Assembly (NCBI GenBank): GCA_964474445.1
Contig: CAYYSJ010000007.1
Coordinates: forward strand, 3,112-67,111
Direction: 5' to 3'
DNA from: an uncultured Gammaproteobacteria bacterium
Lineage (GTDB): Bacteria > Patescibacteriota > Microgenomatia > Levybacterales > UBA12049
DNA length: 64,000 nt
Under the pieces are notes generated by a model. It worked only from the letters and a program-made list of their open reading frames with translations. It had not been told where the DNA came from and did no database searches. A program made the translations under genes and the position numbers. Each line of letters begins with the position of its first letter. Position 1 is the stretch's first letter. Below are positions 27,001-36,622 of the stretch, piece after piece.

Positions 27001-27800
27001 AAAACGTAACTGTCCTTATACCTACACTCAATAGAACAACATCACTTGCAGTAATGCTGATGAGTATTGTTTTTCAAACCTACACTAACTTTGATGTAGT
27101 GATTTCAGATCAAAGTGACACGAACAGTCCTTTTGAAGACCCTACTATCCAAACAGTTATTCGTCTTTTCAGGCAAAAAAATCATACAGTACATACTCTT
27201 GTTAACCTCCCGAAATATGGAATAGCACAACAACGGCAATTTCTTCTGGATCATGCTCATACGTCATATAGTCTTTTTCTTGATGATGATCTTATTCTCG
27301 AGCCATATGTCTTAGAAGGCATGGTGAAAGTTATTGAAAAGGAAAACTGCGGTTTTGTAGGACGTGCTCCTATTGGATTAAGTTTCTATAATGATGTTCG
27401 TTGTCAAGAAGAACATATTCGCTTTTGGAAAGGGAAAGTGAAACCTGAAACAGTATCACCAAATACCTCAAAGTGGAACCGGCATCGTATTCATAATGCA
27501 GCAAACATTCTGCACATCGAAGAGAAACTGGGCATTACCTATGAGAAGCAAAAGACATATAAGATTGCATGGATTGGTGCTTGTGTATTATATGATACAG
27601 AAAAATTAAAAAAAACGGGAGGATTTTCTTTTTGGAAAAAACTACCTTCAGCTCATTGCGGAGAAGATGTCTTGGCTCAACTTAGGGTGATGAAAAAGTA
27701 CGGCGGATGTGGCATACTTCCTTCAGGAGTCTATCATCAAGAAGTACCAACAACACTTCCTTCCAGGGATATTAATGCTCCTGAATTTATCAGCGTATGA
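26997..27800 (+). CDS. GT2 family glycosyltransferase
   Basis: 267 aa. 'VLIPTLNR' start of a GT-A fold, 'FLDDD' DxD motif. Confidence 0.7.
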   Translation: MKNVTVLIPTLNRTTSLAVMLMSIVFQTYTNFDVVISDQSDTNSPFEDPTIQTVIRLFRQKNHTVHTLVNLPKYGIAQQRQFLLDHAHTSYSLFLDDDLILEPYVLEGMVKVIEKENCGFVGRAPIGLSFYNDVRCQEEHIRFWKGKVKPETVSPNTSKWNRHRIHNAANILHIEEKLGITYEKQKTYKIAWIGACVLYDTEKLKKTGGFSFWKKLPSAHCGEDVLAQLRVMKKYGGCGILPSGVYHQEVPTTLPSRDINAPEFISV

Positions 27801-28519
27801 AATTTGTACCCTATACAATTATTGATAAACAGCAAGAATTGGAAGATACCTATATTATTCGTTTAGCGCCTTTGTATAAAAATATTTTTGATTTTTTAGC
27901 AGGGCAATATTGTTATCTTCTTAATCCTACCTACAAAGATCCAAAAGATCCTCATCCTTTCTCCATTGCATCATCTCCATTCCAACGAGACTATTTAGAA
28001 TTTTGCGTTAAAACATATGGAGAGTGGACTACGTCATTTGTCAAAAAATCAGTAGGAAAAGAAGTCCTTGTCTCAGACCCTTTAGGAGAATTTACTTGGT
28101 CACGTGATATCTCATATGCTGTATTTCTTTTAGGAGGCATCGGTATCGCGCCTATTATGTCTATACTCAGAACTCTCGCAACATCTCACAGTTCCATTCC
28201 ACTAACGATACTTTATGGAAACCGAAACCCAGGAACAATTGCATATAAGAAAGAACTGGAGGAGCTTACGAAGCACCTTGCCTTAAACATCATCCACATT
28301 TTTTCAGATAGTGATATCCATTCTTTGGGGAATGAATATCAAGGCTTTATTACAAAAGAGATACTTCTCAAAGAAGTTAACTTTACAAACAAATCTACTT
28401 TTTTTATTGTCGGTCCACCGATCTTTGTTGAGAAAATGAATACCATTCTTTCTGACATGCACATTACAAAACAGCAACAAAGACAAGAGCTGCTTGCCGT
28501 TCTTTCTGTACCTGTATGA
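27797..28519 (+). CDS. FNR-like FAD/NAD(P)-binding oxidoreductase (ferredoxin reductase-type, no Fe-S domain)
   Basis: 240 aa. FAD motif 'HPFSIASSP' (RxYS-type), NAD(P) motif 'LLGGIGIAPIMS' (GGxGxxP), C-terminal 'FIVGPP'. Confidence 0.6.
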   Translation: MKFVPYTIIDKQQELEDTYIIRLAPLYKNIFDFLAGQYCYLLNPTYKDPKDPHPFSIASSPFQRDYLEFCVKTYGEWTTSFVKKSVGKEVLVSDPLGEFTWSRDISYAVFLLGGIGIAPIMSILRTLATSHSSIPLTILYGNRNPGTIAYKKELEELTKHLALNIIHIFSDSDIHSLGNEYQGFITKEILLKEVNFTNKSTFFIVGPPIFVEKMNTILSDMHITKQQQRQELLAVLSVPV

Positions 28520-28537
28520 GTAAAAAGCCAATATTGC

Positions 28538-29587
28538 ATGCCAAAACATACTCTTCATGATGTTAAAAAAATCGCTTTGTTGCGAGCAAATGCATTAGGT
28601 GACTTTTTTTTCGCTTACCCTGCACTGTGCGCATTAAGAAATGCCTATACAGATGCAGAAATTGTCTATTTAGGCAAACCTTGGCATAAAGAATTTCTCG
28701 AGTCACGAATATCTCCTATTAATCGTGTTATTGTTGTTCCTCCTAGCATAGGTGTGCGAGAAGAAAAAGACTATCTATGTAGCAAAGAAGAACTAGATAT
28801 CTTTTTTGCTGAGATGAAAAAAGAACATTTTGATCTTGCCATACAAATGCATGGAGGGGGAAAGTACTCAAATCCATTTATTTTGAAACTTGGAGCAAAA
28901 ACCACCGTAGGACTGAAAACACCTGATGCATCACCCCTTGATATATCGATCCCCTATGATTTGTATCAAAATGAATTTCTAAAATATTTAGAAGTTGTTG
29001 GATGCATTGGGGCAGTAACAAAAAATCTTCATCCTCTGCTTTCTGTTACCAAAACAGATCTCTCCCTCGCAAAAGACTATGTCCCTTCGAAACCTTTTAT
29101 TGTTATGCATCCTGGTGCATCCGATCCTCGAAGGAGATGGCCGGAAAAATACTTTATTGAAATAGGAGATATCCTTTCAAGAAAGGGGTTCAGCATCATC
29201 ATAACTGGCACAGAAGCTGAAAAAGAGATTGCTGCACATATTATTTCTCGTATGCAAAAAAACGCAATTAACTTATGTGGAGCTAGTAACCTCAGTACTC
29301 TTACTGGAATTTTGGCTCTTTCACAGCTTGTCATTTCCAATGATAGCGGCCCCCTGCACCTTGCTGATGCTGTGGGAGCAAGAACCGTTGGAATATATTG
29401 GGTTGGAAATGCGATGAACAGTTCTCCTCTTATTCGTGCTGGTAAAAAAGTCTTGTTTTCCTGGACGCTGTTGTGTCCTTTCTGTCATACAAACTGTATT
29501 GAGAAAAATTGTGGACATGAAGTTTCTTTTGTAGAAGATATCAAACCAAAACAAGTCATCGAAGCTGCATACCAATTGTTACAGTAA
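28538..29587 (+). CDS. GT9 family glycosyltransferase (heptosyltransferase-like), copy 3, with C-terminal Cys4 cluster
   Basis: 349 aa. 'KIALLRANALGDFFFAYPAL', 'ISNDSGPLHLADAVG', and a C-terminal 'LLCPFCHTNCIEKNCGHE' four-Cys motif absent from copies 1 and 2. Confidence 0.7.
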   Translation: MPKHTLHDVKKIALLRANALGDFFFAYPALCALRNAYTDAEIVYLGKPWHKEFLESRISPINRVIVVPPSIGVREEKDYLCSKEELDIFFAEMKKEHFDLAIQMHGGGKYSNPFILKLGAKTTVGLKTPDASPLDISIPYDLYQNEFLKYLEVVGCIGAVTKNLHPLLSVTKTDLSLAKDYVPSKPFIVMHPGASDPRRRWPEKYFIEIGDILSRKGFSIIITGTEAEKEIAAHIISRMQKNAINLCGASNLSTLTGILALSQLVISNDSGPLHLADAVGARTVGIYWVGNAMNSSPLIRAGKKVLFSWTLLCPFCHTNCIEKNCGHEVSFVEDIKPKQVIEAAYQLLQ

Positions 29588-29591
29588 GTAC

Positions 29592-31541
29592 TTACTCATA
29601 TCCTCTTTTTTGCAGCTGAAAAAATTGAGCATATAATCCGTACTTGTCTAAAAGTTCTTGGTGAGAACCTTGTTCGATAAGTTCTCCTTTCTCTAACACA
29701 TAAATTTTATGCGCCATTCTTACGTTTGAAAATCTATGTGAAATAAAAAGAAGGTTTTTTGTTTTGTAAAGCTCTTTCAGCTTATCAAAGATTTTCACTT
29801 CTCCATCCGGATCTATTGCGCTCGTTGGCTCATCGACGATCAGTATTGGAGCATCTCGAAAAATTGCTCTTGCAATTGCAACCTTTTGCCACTGTCCACC
29901 AGATAATTCAACACCACTATCAAACCATCTTCCAAGAACTTGTTGATATCCTTTTGGCAAAAATCGTAGAAGATCTTCACTATGAGAATGTTTGAGAGCG
30001 TTTTCTACTTCTTCTCGTTTTTGCTCTCTACTTTCCATTCCCTTTAATTTTTCAAGATTTCCAAACCAAATATTTTCTTCAAGACTCAAATAATACTTTG
30101 CAAAGTCCTGAAATAACACGCCAATATGCTGGTACCAATGTTCTATATCAATATGTTTTAAATCAACCCCATCAACAAGAATTCTTCCATCTGTTGGATC
30201 ATAGAATCGAAAAAGCAATTTAATCAGTGTACTTTTCCCTGCTCCATTATGACCAACAATTGCAGTATCTTGTCCTTTTTCGATAACCAAATTGATATTC
30301 TTTAATGAGTAAGCTTCTGCTCCTGGGTACTTAAAACTAACATTGTCAAAAATAATTTGACGAGGTCCAATCGTATCAAAATATTTTGGGTTATCTGGAA
30401 TAAATGTTGTATTTTTTATATCAAGTAAATTGAAGTAATCTTCTAAATAAAGGCTGTTTTCGCTGACGGCTCCAATATTAATAAGAATACTGGAAATTTG
30501 TCCAGAAAATGTAAAAAGGATATTAAGGAAAAAGGTAAAATCACCGATAGAATACGCTTTTGTATCAACACCGGAGATAAAATGAGTCAAAGCAAAATAA
30601 ATAGCAATAGGAATAAGAATAAAACTTACGGTAGAAAGAAGAGAATAAAGAGCAATTGGTTTTTGATAATCTGCAACCATCTTTTTTTGAAGCTCCTCAG
30701 TTTTTTGAATAAAGTGATCCCCTAATCCATAGATTTTCATTTCTGAAAGTGTTTGAAAATTTGTGAAGAGAGATTTCAAATACCAAACATAGTTTGCTCC
30801 TGACGCATTTTTTGTTTGTGCAGACCAAGCGATATTTCCATATTTCGCGCGAAGATAATAGACAGGTGTACAAATAACTGCAAGCATAACAAAATATATC
30901 GGACTAAATTTTAATGCAATAAGTAAAGAAAATACTAATGCAGCAATGTTATACACAATTGCATTTAATGTATGAAGAATTTCTGGAAGTCTCACTGTGT
31001 AATTATTCTCAACCTTTGCAATAAGATTACGTACTTCTCCTTTTTCAAGATTAGTAAAATCCATATCCCCCAGTTTTTTCATAAAAAGGCGTGTAAGTGC
31101 ATCTTGCAGCTTTGCCTTAACAAAATAATCAAAATAATACTGATTGAAGGTAAAGTTAACAAATCGGGATAAATATTCAAAGAAAAGATACGTCCCTATG
31201 ATAATAAATAATGAATTTCCAGGTATAACACCAGCATTATGCGCAACCTGATCGATCATCAACTTATAGAGAAAATACACACCAAAAAGAAGTGATGCAC
31301 CCAAAGCGGCTGTACTAAAATATGAAATAAAAAGAATCTTGTCTTCTTTAAAAGAAATGAGGAGTAAACGCCAGATATTTGAGATAAATTTTCTTGACGA
31401 GTGTTTCTTCTTTGAGAAATGTTCTTTTTTTTTCCTCAGCGTATTATAAAGGATGGGCAGGACAGACATACGTTTTGTATTTTGGATGGCCATTGTAACA
31501 ACGAATTTTGGTAATTGCAAGCAAGCACCAAACCATTTCAA
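29592..31541 (-). CDS. ABC exporter, fused permease-ATPase (MsbA/type I exporter-like)
   Basis: 649 aa. N-terminal 6-TM domain. C-terminal NBD with Walker A 'GHNGAGKST', signature 'LSGGQWQKVAIARA', Walker B 'ILIVDEPTS'. The true start may be internal (M17 or M26). Confidence 0.85.
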   Translation of the reverse strand: MKWFGACLQLPKFVVTMAIQNTKRMSVLPILYNTLRKKKEHFSKKKHSSRKFISNIWRLLLISFKEDKILFISYFSTAALGASLLFGVYFLYKLMIDQVAHNAGVIPGNSLFIIIGTYLFFEYLSRFVNFTFNQYYFDYFVKAKLQDALTRLFMKKLGDMDFTNLEKGEVRNLIAKVENNYTVRLPEILHTLNAIVYNIAALVFSLLIALKFSPIYFVMLAVICTPVYYLRAKYGNIAWSAQTKNASGANYVWYLKSLFTNFQTLSEMKIYGLGDHFIQKTEELQKKMVADYQKPIALYSLLSTVSFILIPIAIYFALTHFISGVDTKAYSIGDFTFFLNILFTFSGQISSILINIGAVSENSLYLEDYFNLLDIKNTTFIPDNPKYFDTIGPRQIIFDNVSFKYPGAEAYSLKNINLVIEKGQDTAIVGHNGAGKSTLIKLLFRFYDPTDGRILVDGVDLKHIDIEHWYQHIGVLFQDFAKYYLSLEENIWFGNLEKLKGMESREQKREEVENALKHSHSEDLLRFLPKGYQQVLGRWFDSGVELSGGQWQKVAIARAIFRDAPILIVDEPTSAIDPDGEVKIFDKLKELYKTKNLLFISHRFSNVRMAHKIYVLEKGELIEQGSHQELLDKYGLYAQFFQLQKRGYE

Positions 31542-31564
31542 AAAGCAGTCTCTTCAAAAAATGT

Positions 31565-31801
31565 CTACATTTTTAACAGCTCAAATACCCTATACATAAG
31601 GAAAGCAGGCCAAAAAATTGCTTTAAAAATCCCTATAATTCCAAGCAAAAAAGATGTTGCATGTTGTAAGTAGTATACGAGCACTCCAAAAAAAGCAATG
31701 CCATATATCCCTCCTCCTATTGCACTATTCTGTTTCATGCATATCACCTCCTCTCCTTGAGATAATATATCATATATCTCACTCTGTTCTTCTTTACTCA
31801 T
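31565..31801 (-). CDS. Small membrane protein, hypothetical
   Basis: 78 aa with two predicted TM helices; codirectional with and 23 nt upstream of the ABC exporter. Confidence 0.3.
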   Translation of the reverse strand: MSKEEQSEIYDILSQGEEVICMKQNSAIGGGIYGIAFFGVLVYYLQHATSFLLGIIGIFKAIFWPAFLMYRVFELLKM

Positions 31802-32080
31802 GATTTTTCTTTCACCTTCTTTACATCTTTACTAACTCTAGCTGTTACTAAGTAACAGCATAGAAACATGGCAAAGTATTGACCAAAGACGAAACAACTA
31901 GTCGAAGAAGAACTACACGAACACAAAACCAAGGGAAAGTGGAAAAGTAGAAAACAAGCAATTGCTGTCGCACTCAATGTAGCCCGTGAAGAAGGAGATA
32001 AAGTTCTTCCTCCTAAGAAAAGAAAGTCATGAAGACCACGATTAACTGAATTTTATCTCAGCAAATGATACACTATTGAT

Positions 32081-32611
32081 ATGAAATACCTTGCTTTATT
32101 ACGAGGAATAAATGTTGGTGGAAAAAGCACAGTAAGAATGGCGGAGCTTCAAGAATCAATGAGAAAAGCAGGATTTCGTAACGTATCAACATTTATTAAC
32201 AGTGGAAACGTTCTCTTTGAGTCTGATGAAACTGACATACAACAACTCACAAAACAAATCGATGCATTATTATTAAAAACTTTTTTTGCCATTAAAACTG
32301 TTGTTATCTCTGATAAAAACTTAGAAGATATCATCAAACATATACCAGACAGTTGGACAAAGAATGATTTGCAAAAATACATTGCATTTATAAAAAGTCC
32401 GTCTGTTCCAGAAGATATTATCCAAGAAGTGCAGTTGAAGGAAGGAATTGATTTTATTGAAAAAGGACCAGGGGTTGTCTTTATGTCTACAAAAATGGAT
32501 GGACTGACCAAGAGCGGCTTTCCTAAATTAATTACAAAAAAAGTCTATCAAGATATAACGATACGAAATTACAATACTGTTGAGAAACTAGCTTTAATGA
32601 TGAGAAAATAA
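32081..32611 (+). CDS. DUF1697 family protein
   Basis: 176 aa. N-terminal 'MKYLALLRGINVGGK' is the hallmark of the DUF1697 family. Confidence 0.7.
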   Translation: MKYLALLRGINVGGKSTVRMAELQESMRKAGFRNVSTFINSGNVLFESDETDIQQLTKQIDALLLKTFFAIKTVVISDKNLEDIIKHIPDSWTKNDLQKYIAFIKSPSVPEDIIQEVQLKEGIDFIEKGPGVVFMSTKMDGLTKSGFPKLITKKVYQDITIRNYNTVEKLALMMRK

Positions 32612-32636
32612 CATGGATTTCGTGGAGCTTTTTGTA

Positions 32637-33305
32637 TTATTTGGCAGCCTCATCTAACCTTTTTGCAACATCATCCCAATTAACGACATTCCACCATGCT
32701 TCTACGTAATCCGGTCGTTTATTGTAATACTGAAGATAATATGCGTGTTCCCATACATCAAGTCCAAGAAGTGGAATTTTCCCTTGCGTTAATGGTGAAT
32801 CCTGATTGGGAGTACTCATCATCTTTACCTCCCCATTGTCCCATACAAGCCACTCCCATCCACTTCCAAAGATCTTTACCGCAGCTTGGCTAAATTGTTC
32901 TTTGAATGTCTTAAGATCACCAAATGTATGCTGTATTTTATCTAAGAGTGTCCCTGATGGTTCTTGGCCTGTTCCTTTTTTTGGTGCCATCATCTTCCAA
33001 AACATAGAGTGATTATAATGACCTCCTCCATGATTTCGTACAGTCGTTCTTACATCTTCAGGTATCTGATCTAACGATTTGATAATTTCTCCAATACTTT
33101 TTTCTTGCCATTCTGGATATTTTTCTAGCGCTTTATTGAGATTATCTATGTAAGCCCTATGGTGTTTATCATGATGGAGATATTGAATATCTTTACTAAT
33201 AAAAGGAGCAAGGGCATCATAATCGTATGGGAGATCTGGAAGAGTAAACATATCTTCAATGTACTTAATATGACCTGTTTTGTCAACCGTCTGGTAGAAA
33301 GTCAA
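32637..33305 (-). CDS. sodA: Fe/Mn superoxide dismutase
   Basis: 222 aa. 'HHDKHH', 'DVWEHAYY' and metal-ligand His/Asp positions typical of Fe/Mn SOD. Confidence 0.9.
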   Translation of the reverse strand: MTFYQTVDKTGHIKYIEDMFTLPDLPYDYDALAPFISKDIQYLHHDKHHRAYIDNLNKALEKYPEWQEKSIGEIIKSLDQIPEDVRTTVRNHGGGHYNHSMFWKMMAPKKGTGQEPSGTLLDKIQHTFGDLKTFKEQFSQAAVKIFGSGWEWLVWDNGEVKMMSTPNQDSPLTQGKIPLLGLDVWEHAYYLQYYNKRPDYVEAWWNVVNWDDVAKRLDEAAK

Positions 33306-33657
33306 GCGTGAAAATTAAAAAAAACACACGTTGTCACGTCATTATAGCTATACTTACAGGTCTCTATTCTAATATATATTATTTATTAAAATAATGAAAT
33401 AGACTCAACTGATGGGATATATATACATATGACGACTAAAATTATCCTCATCTATCGACATTCACTTAAAAATAGCCTATAATATATACCGCGTGAGAGC
33501 AATCCTTATTTGCTACAAATGTGGAAAGAAATTTGAGATACATTCTCGCGATGTTCTTAAATTCTTAAGGCTCTCTTATAGAGAGGAATAATCAGTTACT
33601 TGAGCATATAGAAATGCAACTGATAACGCAAAGATTCTACTTAAGTTTATTTAATGT

Positions 33658-34563
33658 ATGAAGGTAGAAATTACTAGAACAATTCAATATCAACCTGAAA
33701 GAGCCTGTGTTTATGTTGGAATGTTAGATAATCAACAGGTACTTATAAAAGACAGTGGAAGACCGGCTAGATTTCAACATGAGGCAGAAGTTTATCGTAG
33801 ATTGTCAAGCTCTGTAAGAGGTAAAGCTCGAAATAAACCTCTTGTGTTTCCAAAGTTAGTGGACATCAATGACGCTGAGCATCGTTTGATAATAGAGTAT
33901 GTCAATGGCGTAAGTTTAAAGGAACTACTAAACAATCAGGATAGGTCATTATCATCAATTGAGAAATATACAATTTCAAAAAAACTATTAGAAGCAACTG
34001 GTTTTTTTAATAAAAGCGGAATTGCACATTTAGACGGCCATCCTGATAATGTAATTTATGATTCAAACAGTGAAAGATTGGTATTGTTTGATTATGATCT
34101 CTCTCTATTAGGCAACCCATCCCTGAAAAAAGTCAAAAACGATTATGCTCGAGCAGCAACAACGAAGAGTACATTTTATTTACCGAACGTTCCTGGGGTA
34201 ACGATACATGCTCCTGAATTAATGCAAGTTGGCACAATAGATGGAGAAGCAGCTGATAGATACTCTACAGCATGTACTGTTATACAAGTTTGTTGGGGAT
34301 TTCAGCCACTTCTAGAATCTACAAAAAATGACCAAACTAGACTTAATATTGGAGAGTTAAGACAAGCAGTGCAAATGTCTCCACAGTATAGACCAGAACA
34401 ATCTCCTTTACTAGAACAATTATTAGTTAATCTTTCATTTGATCCTAAAAAAAGGAACAGTTCTTATAAAAGATTGATCTCGACATTGGATACATTAATT
34501 TCATATGATAGTAAAGGTCTAAAATCAAAACCTTTCTCTTCCTCCAGAAGACCGGGTTTATGA
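33658..34563 (+). CDS. Protein kinase-like fold protein (atypical ePK)
   Basis: 301 aa. 'VLIKD' (beta3 Lys), 'HEAEVYRRL' (alphaC Glu), catalytic-loop-like 'HLDGHPDNV', 'LFDYDLS' (DFG-like), 'HAPE' (APE motif). Confidence 0.45.
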   Translation: MKVEITRTIQYQPERACVYVGMLDNQQVLIKDSGRPARFQHEAEVYRRLSSSVRGKARNKPLVFPKLVDINDAEHRLIIEYVNGVSLKELLNNQDRSLSSIEKYTISKKLLEATGFFNKSGIAHLDGHPDNVIYDSNSERLVLFDYDLSLLGNPSLKKVKNDYARAATTKSTFYLPNVPGVTIHAPELMQVGTIDGEAADRYSTACTVIQVCWGFQPLLESTKNDQTRLNIGELRQAVQMSPQYRPEQSPLLEQLLVNLSFDPKKRNSSYKRLISTLDTLISYDSKGLKSKPFSSSRRPGL

Positions 34564-34582
34564 GGGTACTATTGATTTTATT

Positions 34583-35215
34583 ATGTTAGCATCTATTTCT
34601 CAAAACAAATATACAACATTTTACATTGTGCGTCACGGAGAAACCGATTGGAACACTACAAAAAAAATACAAGGTAGTAGCGATATTCACCTTAATGAAA
34701 GGGGCATAAAACAAGCTGAAGCATTATCTCTGAAACTAAACTCTATTATATTTTCCTCAGCTTTCTCTTCAAACTTAAGTCGAGCAAAGGATACTGGAAA
34801 CATACTTCTTGCAAAGAAAAATGTCCAACTTCAAGCAACAAACAGCCTAAAAGAAAGAGAGTTTGGCTCTCTAGAAGGAAAAAGTACAGATTACTTGCAC
34901 AAAATGCATACACTTTTTGCTACTTTCACGGACAAACAGATACTAGAATATAAGTATGATCAGAGTTTTGAAAGTAATCAAGAAGTTATGAAAAGAGTTA
35001 CTCGCTTTCTAAGAAAAGTTGGAAAAGAGTTTTTTGGACAGAATATACTTGTCGTTACACATTCTGGTGTTATAAGACCTCTTCTTGTTGAACTTGGAGC
35101 AGGAAGATATACAGACTTTCCTTCGGGATCAATCGATAATGGAGCATATCTAAAAATTCTTTTTGATGGAAAAAACTTTTTTTTGGCTGAAACAGATGGG
35201 ATTCACAAAAGGTAA
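34583..35215 (+). CDS. Histidine phosphatase superfamily (phosphoglycerate mutase-like)
   Basis: 210 aa. 'FYIVRHGETDWN' RHG catalytic motif and second His in 'VVTHSGVI'. Confidence 0.75.
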   Translation: MLASISQNKYTTFYIVRHGETDWNTTKKIQGSSDIHLNERGIKQAEALSLKLNSIIFSSAFSSNLSRAKDTGNILLAKKNVQLQATNSLKEREFGSLEGKSTDYLHKMHTLFATFTDKQILEYKYDQSFESNQEVMKRVTRFLRKVGKEFFGQNILVVTHSGVIRPLLVELGAGRYTDFPSGSIDNGAYLKILFDGKNFFLAETDGIHKR

Positions 35216-35339
35216 TAGGTTGATCTAGAGGCTTGTTGCAAAAGCACAGCTCGAGAAAAAGCAACAGAGGAGTGACATTTCTATTGTCATCCGACACCAT
35301 CTGGTAGAGAAAAGACTCTGATTTCTTTTGATATATCTA

Positions 35340-36524
35340 TTATTTCGTTATTTTCTGTCGAAATAGGAAGAGAACAACAAATGCAAAAAGTGCCATGATA
35401 CTTCCATAAAAAAACGTAGCTGAAGGATTTATCCTACTCCATAGTATTCCGCCAATAACTGAAGCGAAAAATGTTCCAACAGCAGTAAGGGTATAATAAG
35501 CACCAAAGAACGTACCAGACTCTTTTTGAGTAATAAACTCTGAAATATATGCCTTCGATACCCCATCAGTTGCTGCGATATAGACACCATAAAGAGGAAA
35601 TAGTATCCAAAGCCATACTGGATTGTTCACTAATCCAAAGAGAGCATATACGAGTGCAAAAACAAGAAGTCCTCCAGAAAAAATTTTTCGTGCTCCTAGT
35701 GTATCTGATAAATATCCAGCAGGTGTTGCAAATATCGTTTGGGAGAGGTTGTAGAGCACATACGCTAAAACAACAGAGATTGTACTTAACCCCAAATTTT
35801 TTGCATATAACAGAAGGAAAGTATCTGAGCTGTTCCCTAAAGCAAATATGAAGCTTATAACAAGAAACAGTTTGAGTTTTGGTTGCAATAGTTTCCAGTC
35901 AATTTTGACAAACTCTCTTTTCTCCTCTACCAATACTTGTCTTTTCTCTTTGACAAGAACTACTAAAATGCAAACAGCAATCACTCCTGGAATAAATGCG
36001 AGAAAAAAAGTAAGACGAAGGTTATCTTTTAATAAATACAAGGCAACAAGAGCAAGGAGTGGTCCAATCACTGCCCCAAGACTATCAAACGCTCTATGAA
36101 ATCCAAAAATGAATCCTTTATTCTCTGGTGTGGTGTTCTCCAAAAGTAAACTATCCCGTGGTGCAGTACGCAGTCCTTTTCCAAGTCTGTCAATAAAGCG
36201 AGCAAAGAGAACAAAGGGCCATGCATAAGCTAAACCAATAAGCAGTTTTGAGACAGCCCCAAATGAATACCCAAGAGTCACAAAGATTTTTCTTTTTTTT
36301 AGATAATCTGAGTATGTTCCAAAAAAGTATTTTGTAATGCTTGCAGTTGCCTCAGCAAACCCTTCAATAAAACCAAGGATAGGAATTGATGTGTGAAGAA
36401 CAGTCGTAAGGAAAATCGGAACAATTGGATAAATCATCTCTGAAGCAATATCATTGAAAAAGCTCACGAGTCCAAGCACAAAAACGGGAATAGGTATTTT
36501 TCTTTTCAATGGCAAAAATTTCAT
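35340..36524 (-). CDS. MFS transporter
   Basis: 394 aa, 12 predicted TM helices; loop motif 'DRLGKGLRTAPRD' between TM2 and TM3 is typical of MFS. Confidence 0.75.
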   Translation of the reverse strand: MKFLPLKRKIPIPVFVLGLVSFFNDIASEMIYPIVPIFLTTVLHTSIPILGFIEGFAEATASITKYFFGTYSDYLKKRKIFVTLGYSFGAVSKLLIGLAYAWPFVLFARFIDRLGKGLRTAPRDSLLLENTTPENKGFIFGFHRAFDSLGAVIGPLLALVALYLLKDNLRLTFFLAFIPGVIAVCILVVLVKEKRQVLVEEKREFVKIDWKLLQPKLKLFLVISFIFALGNSSDTFLLLYAKNLGLSTISVVLAYVLYNLSQTIFATPAGYLSDTLGARKIFSGGLLVFALVYALFGLVNNPVWLWILFPLYGVYIAATDGVSKAYISEFITQKESGTFFGAYYTLTAVGTFFASVIGGILWSRINPSATFFYGSIMALFAFVVLFLFRQKITK

Positions 36525-36622
36525 AGGTCTAGCTTATTGTAAAAAAGTTTTGAATTATTGTGAAGTACCTCAAGACTAATGAAGAATTATTTGTCCTGTT
36601 TGAATTTTTCTTCTTACACGCA

